In this document: positions 58,250-64,000 of the stretch, piece by piece
Numbering within the stretch: position 1 is the stretch's first letter
How the letters are laid out: the number at the start of each line of letters is the position of its first letter
Assembly: GCA_039810345.1 (NCBI GenBank)
Contig: JBDHWU010000011.1
Coordinates: 10,571-74,570 of the forward strand
Length of the DNA: 64,000 nt
From: Aliarcobacter sp.
GTDB lineage: Bacteria > Campylobacterota > Campylobacteria > Campylobacterales > Arcobacteraceae
Reading direction: 5' to 3'
Translations under genes and position numbers: made by a program
Notes under the pieces: model-generated
What the model saw: only the letters and a program-made list of their open reading frames with translations
Databases searched by the model: none
Told to the model about the DNA's origin: nothing

Positions 58250-60100
58250 ATGGAAAAGTTTTTATATATTGCCCTTTTTAGCCCACTAATTGCTAGTTTA
58301 ATTTCTGGATTATTTGCCTTTTTCAAACCAACAAAACTTATTGGATATTTTAATTCAACACTTATTTTTATCTCAATGTTTTGTAGTTTTTATCTTTTTT
58401 CTTATATTTATGAAAATGATGTATCTTTACAAATCTTTTTATTTGATTGGATAAATATAGGAAACTTAAATCTTAGTTTCTCTTTTAGTCTTGATCATAT
58501 TAGTATTATTATGCTTTTAGTGGTTACTTTCGTTTCAACAATGGTGCATTTTTACTCTATTTGGTACATGGAAGATGACATAGGATTTAATAGATTTTTT
58601 AGTTTTTTATCTCTTTTTGTGTTTATGATGCTTGTTTTAATTTTGGCTGATAATTTTGCAGTTTTATTTATAGGCTGGGAAGGTGTTGGGCTTTGTTCAT
58701 ATTTATTAATTGGATTTTATTATAAAAAACAAAAAGCAGCAAAAGCTTCAAATGAAGCTTTTATTGTAAATAGAGTTGGAGATATGGGCTTAATGATTGC
58801 TATGTTTGTAATTTATTGGAATATAGGAAGTTTAGATTTTGATATTGTTTTTAAAACAATTTCATCTTTAGAAGAAAGCACAATATTTTTAATAGGAACT
58901 CTTTTATTTATAGGAGCTATGGGAAAATCAGCTCAATTTCCACTTCATACATGGCTTGCAAATGCCATGGAAGGTCCAACTCCAGTTTCAGCTTTAATTC
59001 ACGCAGCAACAATGGTTACAGCTGGAGTTTATTTAGTTATTAGATGTAATGAGATTTATATTTTAGTTCCATTTTTAGGAGAAATTATTGCTTATCTTGG
59101 AGCTTTTGTAGCAATATTTGCAGCTTCTATGGCTTTAGTAAATAATGATTTAAAAAGAATAATTGCTTATTCAACTCTTTCACAATTAGGATATATGTTT
59201 GTAGCCGTTGGAGTTGGTGCATATAGTATTGCACTATTTCATCTATTTACTCATGCTTTCTTTAAATCAGCTCTATTTTTGGGAGCTGCAAATATTATGC
59301 ATGGAACTCATGGAAATTTAGATATTAGAAAAATGGGAAATTTATATCCAAATATGAAAGCAACTGCGATTATTATGATTATTTCATCTTTAGCTTTAAG
59401 TGGTATTTTTCCACTAGCTGGATTTTTCTCAAAAGATAAAATTTTAGAAAGTGTTTATTCTCATAATTATCTAATTTTATATACAACTTTACTAATAACT
59501 GCATTTCTAACAGCTTTTTACTCTTTTAGACTTATTATGAAAGTGTTTTTTGTAAAGAGCAACGATGTAGATAATAGTTTGGTTCATGATGCAAAAACCT
59601 TAGCAATATTTTCTATAATTCCACTAGTTATTTTATCTATAATAGCTGGTTTTTTTAAAGAAAATTTTGAAGAGTTTACTACAAAGATTCTTCCAACATT
59701 TACAATGAATTTAAGCTATGAAAAGGTTTGGGCTTTAATTTTACTTGCTAGTTTTGTCTCTATTTTTGGAATTTTATTTGCAATTTTTAAGTATAAAAAA
59801 TATCAAAACGGTGATAAAAAAATAGGTTTTATACAAAAAACACTTCTTAATGAATACTATATTCCAACATTTTATAAAGAGTTTTTAGTAAAACCTTACT
59901 ATAGATTTTCACATTTTATATTTATTTATATTGAAACAAAACTAATAGATAACACAATAGATAAAATAGCAAATTTTGCCTACAATTTAGGAGCAAAACT
60001 AAGACCAATTCAATCTGGAAATTTATCAACATCTTTAAGACTTATGATTTTTGGGCTTTTTGCCTCTATACTATTTATCATAGTTTTATTAGTTTATTAA
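58250..60100 (+). CDS. nuoL: NADH-quinone oxidoreductase subunit L
   Basis: 616 aa antiporter-like subunit with WEGVGLCSYLLIGF and a C-terminal lateral-helix region. Confidence 0.95.
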   Translation: MEKFLYIALFSPLIASLISGLFAFFKPTKLIGYFNSTLIFISMFCSFYLFSYIYENDVSLQIFLFDWINIGNLNLSFSFSLDHISIIMLLVVTFVSTMVHFYSIWYMEDDIGFNRFFSFLSLFVFMMLVLILADNFAVLFIGWEGVGLCSYLLIGFYYKKQKAAKASNEAFIVNRVGDMGLMIAMFVIYWNIGSLDFDIVFKTISSLEESTIFLIGTLLFIGAMGKSAQFPLHTWLANAMEGPTPVSALIHAATMVTAGVYLVIRCNEIYILVPFLGEIIAYLGAFVAIFAASMALVNNDLKRIIAYSTLSQLGYMFVAVGVGAYSIALFHLFTHAFFKSALFLGAANIMHGTHGNLDIRKMGNLYPNMKATAIIMIISSLALSGIFPLAGFFSKDKILESVYSHNYLILYTTLLITAFLTAFYSFRLIMKVFFVKSNDVDNSLVHDAKTLAIFSIIPLVILSIIAGFFKENFEEFTTKILPTFTMNLSYEKVWALILLASFVSIFGILFAIFKYKKYQNGDKKIGFIQKTLLNEYYIPTFYKEFLVKPYYRFSHFIFIYIETKLIDNTIDKIANFAYNLGAKLRPIQSGNLSTSLRLMIFGLFASILFIIVLLVY

Positions 60101-60109
60101 AGGTTTTTT

Positions 60110-61639
60110 ATGGAACATATTTTAACAATGCTCATATTTTTTCCAGCTGTTGCAGCAATTTTAGGATTTTTAGTAGATAAAAACTCTATGAGAGCTTTTG
60201 CTATAGTGGTTACCTTTGTTGAGTTTATACTATCTATGATTTTATATTATAACTTTGATACAACTAGTGCGGATGTTCAATTTATGATAAATATCCCTAT
60301 TATTAGCTCTTATGGAATAAATTACTTAATAGGAATAGATGGTATCTCTTTATTTTTAATCATAATGGTTACTTTTATGACTATGATTGCTGTTATTGGT
60401 CTTACAGAAAAAAGAGATGCAAAAAACCTCATCATTACAATTTTATTCCTAGAGATGACTATGGTTGGGGTTTTTGCTGCTTTTGATGTAATTTTATTTT
60501 ATATATTCTGGGAACTTACAATTATTCCAATGTTTTATATTATTGGTTTTTGGGGTTATAATAAAAGGCTTTATGCTGCTGTTAAATTCTTTTTATATGC
60601 TTTTTCTGGTTCATTAATAATGCTTATAGGAATATTATATTTTGGATACATATATTATCAAGCAACGGGAATTTGGAGTTTTGCCCTTTATGATTGGATG
60701 AGTATAGAACTCTCTTTTGATTTACAATTTTGGTTATTTTTAGCATTTTTTATTGGTTTTGCTGTAAAAATGCCAATGTTTCCTTTTCATACATGGTTAC
60801 CTTTAGCCCATGGTCAAGCTCCAACTATTGGTTCGGTAGTTCTTGCTGCAATTTTACTAAAAATGGAAACTTACGGGTTTATACGATTTTCTTTAGGGCT
60901 TTTTCCAGATGCTAGTGTTTACTTTGTTCCACTACTTGCAAGTTTAGGGATTATTGCAATAATTTACACAGCAATGATAGCTTATGCTCAAGAAGATATG
61001 AAACAGTTAATTGCTTATTCATCAATTTCTCATATGGGAATTATCACTATTGGAGTTTTTGCACTTAATATAGAAGGAATTAGTGGAGCTGTATTTTTAA
61101 TGATAGGACATGGTGTAGTATCAGGAGCTTTATTTATGTGTGTTGGGCTTTTATATGACAAAACAGGAACAAAACTTATAAAAAATTTTGGTGGATTAGC
61201 TTACAAAATGCCACTATTTGCTACTATTTATCTAATAATTCTAATGGCATCAATTGGTCTTCCTTTAACTGTTGGGTTTGTAGGGGAATTTTTATCTCTT
61301 TTAGGATTTTTCAAATTTTCTCCTTTTTTAGCATCTATTGCTGTTTTAACAATAGTTTTAAGTGCAATTTATATGCTAAATATGTATAAACAAACATTTT
61401 ATGGAAGATTAAAAAATATAAATTTAAATATAAAAGATATTTATGGAAGAGAACTTGTAGCACTTGCTTCACTAGTTATAATGATAATATTTTTAGGAAT
61501 TTATCCAAAAATAATTTTAGAGCCATTAGATATTTCAGTTACTAATCATCTTCAAATTATGGAAAGCAAGGCTATTAAACTTGAAACAAAAGATAGATTA
61601 AATGAGTTAAATTCGATAAAAGGAGCTATTAATGAATGA
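60110..61639 (+). CDS. nuoM: NADH-quinone oxidoreductase subunit M
   Basis: 509 aa antiporter-like subunit (FYIFWELTIIPMF, PFHTWLPLAHGQAP). Confidence 0.95.
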   Translation: MEHILTMLIFFPAVAAILGFLVDKNSMRAFAIVVTFVEFILSMILYYNFDTTSADVQFMINIPIISSYGINYLIGIDGISLFLIIMVTFMTMIAVIGLTEKRDAKNLIITILFLEMTMVGVFAAFDVILFYIFWELTIIPMFYIIGFWGYNKRLYAAVKFFLYAFSGSLIMLIGILYFGYIYYQATGIWSFALYDWMSIELSFDLQFWLFLAFFIGFAVKMPMFPFHTWLPLAHGQAPTIGSVVLAAILLKMETYGFIRFSLGLFPDASVYFVPLLASLGIIAIIYTAMIAYAQEDMKQLIAYSSISHMGIITIGVFALNIEGISGAVFLMIGHGVVSGALFMCVGLLYDKTGTKLIKNFGGLAYKMPLFATIYLIILMASIGLPLTVGFVGEFLSLLGFFKFSPFLASIAVLTIVLSAIYMLNMYKQTFYGRLKNINLNIKDIYGRELVALASLVIMIIFLGIYPKIILEPLDISVTNHLQIMESKAIKLETKDRLNELNSIKGAINE

Positions 61640-63131
61640 AATTAATATTAGTTTAGAATCTTTAAATCTAAGCACAATAGCTCCTATGCTAATAGCAATA
61701 ATTGGGGCTTTAAGTATTATTTTAACTGATGTTTTTAATAAAAACTTGCATAAATCTTTATATGTTTTTTTAGTTGTTCTATTTTTGGTTTTTGACCTTT
61801 TTACCCTTATTGCTTTTAATGGTCAAGAAAGAGGAATGTTTGATTTAATACTTCTTGATGGAGTGGCAATTTTATCTCAAATAGTTATTATTTTATCTGC
61901 AATTATATTTATATTTTTTGCTATGTCAAAACTTAGATTTCAAGAGTATAGAATGGCTGAATATTTCGCACTATATCTATTTGTAATTGCATCTTTTCAA
62001 TTTATGGTTAGTAGTGATTCATTAATTTTAATCTTTATTGCTTTAGAAAGCTCATCTTTAGCTCTATATGTCTTAATTGCAATGCACAATAAAATGGCTA
62101 GTTTAGAAGCTAGTTTAAAGTATTTTACAATGGGAGCAATAGGTGGTGCTTGTTTTGTATTTGCTTGTATGCTTTTATATGCAGTTACAGGAAGTCTTGA
62201 ATTAAATAGCATCGCAACAACTCTTACTCAAGAAAACTTTTTAAGCAAAGAGAACTTTTCAAACTATATTTTGGTTTTAAGTGCATTTTGTTTTATGCTT
62301 GTATCTTTAGGATTTAAATTATCACTTTTTCCTTTTCATATTTGGGTTCCTGATGTTTATCAAGGTTCAACTTCTGTTATGGCTGGTTTTTTGTCTATTG
62401 TTCCTAAAATGGCTGTTTTTATTGTAGCTTTGAGATTTTTTGAGATATTTATTCAAGTTGATGATAAAATCATTCATATTTTGCTTTATAGTACAGTTGT
62501 TCTTACAATGACTATTCCAAACTTAATAGCCCTTCATCAAACCGATGTAAAAAGAATGCTTGCTTACTCATCTATTGCAAATACAGGAATGGCAATGGCT
62601 ACACTTGTAATAGCAACTCATCAAGCAACAGTTACACTTTTTTTATACTGGATACTTTTTGCAATTACAAATATGGGTGCTTTTGGAATGCTTTGGATAA
62701 ATAGAGGAAAAGGTTATACAGATTATACCTCTCCATACCATTTTAAACATTTTAGCGGGTTTGTAAAAGTATCTCCAGCGACTGCTTTGATTTTAGGAAT
62801 GTTTCTGTTTTCTCTTGCAGGACTTCCACCATTTTCACTATTTTGGGCAAAAATGTATCTAATAGGAAGTGCAGTAAATGCAAATGAGTTGGCATTAGCT
62901 ATTATTATTGTGATAAACTCTGTAATTGCAGCTTTTTACTACTTAAGACCTGTTGGTGCTATGTTTTTAAAAGACCCAGATGAGTTCACAAAAAAAGAGT
63001 TTATGAGCAATGCAACAAATGTTACAAGGTCGATTATTGCACTTGTTGTAGTTCTTTCTATTGTTTCAATATTGTTGGTTGAACCACTTTTAACTCTAAT
63101 AGAACACTACTTAAAAGATACAGGTTTTTAA
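61632..63131 (+). CDS. nuoN: NADH-quinone oxidoreductase subunit N
   Basis: 499 aa antiporter-like subunit (FPFHIWVPDVYQGS); last nuo cistron. Confidence 0.95.
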   Translation: MNEINISLESLNLSTIAPMLIAIIGALSIILTDVFNKNLHKSLYVFLVVLFLVFDLFTLIAFNGQERGMFDLILLDGVAILSQIVIILSAIIFIFFAMSKLRFQEYRMAEYFALYLFVIASFQFMVSSDSLILIFIALESSSLALYVLIAMHNKMASLEASLKYFTMGAIGGACFVFACMLLYAVTGSLELNSIATTLTQENFLSKENFSNYILVLSAFCFMLVSLGFKLSLFPFHIWVPDVYQGSTSVMAGFLSIVPKMAVFIVALRFFEIFIQVDDKIIHILLYSTVVLTMTIPNLIALHQTDVKRMLAYSSIANTGMAMATLVIATHQATVTLFLYWILFAITNMGAFGMLWINRGKGYTDYTSPYHFKHFSGFVKVSPATALILGMFLFSLAGLPPFSLFWAKMYLIGSAVNANELALAIIIVINSVIAAFYYLRPVGAMFLKDPDEFTKKEFMSNATNVTRSIIALVVVLSIVSILLVEPLLTLIEHYLKDTGF

Positions 63132-63616
63132 TGAAAAAATTAATTCTGTTTTTGATATTTTCAAATTTACTTTTTGCAAACTCTTTGGGACTTACAAAAA
63201 CAGATTTAGTTATTTTAAATAAGATTAAATCTTTAACAGATGAGCCAATTATGAAATACTCTTTGATGGCAATTGCAATAAAAGAGTCAAGTGTTGGCAA
63301 AAATATGGCAAATTTTAAAAGCAATGATTTTGGGCTTTTTCAATCAAATATAAAAACTGTTTTAAATAGACAATATGTAGAAGACACTCCGCAAAATAGA
63401 AAAATATTTGCATTAAAACTTATGAATGATGTAGGATTTGCTACAGCAAATGCAATTATTGAGTTAGAGTATTGGAGAGGTGTACATAAAGATAATTGGA
63501 TAAAAATCTGGTCAAGCTATAATACTGGCTTTTCATATAGAAGCGACACAGGTTATTTATATGCTAAATCTATTTTAGAAATTACCAAAAAACTAAAAAA
63601 CGAGTATGGTTTATAA
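63131..63616 (+). CDS. secreted SLT-domain (lytic transglycosylase-like) protein
   Basis: Signal peptide MKKLILFLIFSNLLFA; AIAIKESSVG (catalytic E-S) and DFGLFQSN (GLMQ-like). 1-nt overlap with the nuoN stop. Confidence 0.65.
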   Translation: MKKLILFLIFSNLLFANSLGLTKTDLVILNKIKSLTDEPIMKYSLMAIAIKESSVGKNMANFKSNDFGLFQSNIKTVLNRQYVEDTPQNRKIFALKLMNDVGFATANAIIELEYWRGVHKDNWIKIWSSYNTGFSYRSDTGYLYAKSILEITKKLKNEYGL

Positions 63617-63634
63617 AATTATTTTATTCTATTT

Positions 63635-63847
63635 TTAATCTATCTCTTTGAAAAATTCTCTAATATCAACTTCCAAAACATAAGCAATTTTGAGTAAATG
63701 TTCAATATTGAAATGGTTATTTTTATGATTTATCTCCGCACAAGATATTATACTTACTGATTTATGCCCTATTTTATGAGCTAAATCTAATTGGCTAATT
63801 CCTTTTTCTTTTCGTATTCTTTTTACAGAGGCTTTATGTAGGAATTT
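63635..63847 (-). CDS. XRE-family helix-turn-helix protein lacking a canonical start codon (start-loss pseudogene or non-canonical initiation)
   Basis: Hand translation of the minus strand: (KF)LHKASVKRIRKEKGISQLDLAHKIGHKSVSIISCAEINHKNNHFNIEHLLKIAYVLEVDIREFFKEID*. The frame opens just after an in-frame TAA at 63848-50. The first in-frame ATG/GTG/TTG is a TTG only 11 codons before the stop. Not in the ORF track. Confidence 0.4.
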   Translation of the reverse strand, partial: KFLHKASVKRIRKEKGISQLDLAHKIGHKSVSIISCAEINHKNNHFNIEHLLKIAYVLEVDIREFFKEID

Positions 63848-64000
63848 TTAGCTTAATAAAAATTATATTTTAATATTAAATTAAGTCATAAATGATATTT
63901 AAATATTAATTTTTTATATTATCTATACTTTATAAGCTTAATTAAAACTAAATATAACTAAAATCACAAAATGGATACAATAGATATAAAAAAAGCAATA

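Noticed and set aside
63971-64000. Start of a plus-strand gene (MDTIDIKKAI...) at the window edge
   Set aside because: Only 10 codons are visible, which is too little to support a call.
1-64000. Scan for CRISPR arrays, tRNA/rRNA genes, transposases or integrases, and long poly-G/C phase-variation tracts
   Set aside because: By eye I found no regularly spaced repeats, no tRNA-like conserved T-arm or rRNA-like GC-rich blocks, no recombinase-like ORFs and no G/C homopolymers of 8 or more. A tRNAscan/Infernal run would be needed to exclude small RNAs formally.

Overview
AT-rich (about 27-28% GC by eye), densely coding chromosomal segment. Its gene content and synteny are typical of Campylobacterota and most resemble Arcobacter/Aliarcobacter; the taxon is inferred, not searched. 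Most of the window is core housekeeping. This includes the hrcA-grpE-dnaK heat-shock operon with a CIRCE operator; a long minus-strand run (truA, lptF/G-like, uppS, coaBC, glmU); mnmG, trmA and ribE; mreBC-clpX-lpxA-fabZ-lpxB-queH; and a complete 14-cistron nuo (complex I) operon. In that operon the NuoE and NuoF slots hold two unrelated ORFs, as known for Campylobacter and Helicobacter. Envelope, redox and signalling genes include dsbD plus a periplasmic thioredoxin, a rhodanese, mltA, an SLT-like transglycosylase, a GGDEF(degenerate)-EAL protein joined to a rimK module, and an HD-GYP protein. Transporters belong to the DASS, NSS and SulP families. Accessory-looking content: (1) a mntA/hepT toxin-antitoxin cassette bracketed by perfect 27-bp direct repeats exactly 720 bp apart, inserted between a small lipoprotein gene and an orphan 361-aa gene; (2) a parE-like toxin with an unannotated 59-aa antitoxin, translationally coupled to a SUV3-like helicase that is followed by a 646-aa all-ankyrin protein; (3) an orphan PF01637-like ATPase behind a 79-bp compound inverted repeat; (4) tandem Sel1-repeat lipoprotein paralogues and a 577-aa AAA+ protein abutting nuoA. 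The best non-coding candidate is a roughly 123-nt, relatively GC-rich, nested-helix element with a GNRA-capped hairpin in the unusually long grpE-dnaK spacer. I saw no rRNA, tRNA, CRISPR array, transposase or integrase. No single locus can be shown from sequence alone to be a new system; the findings are ranked by interest, each with a test.
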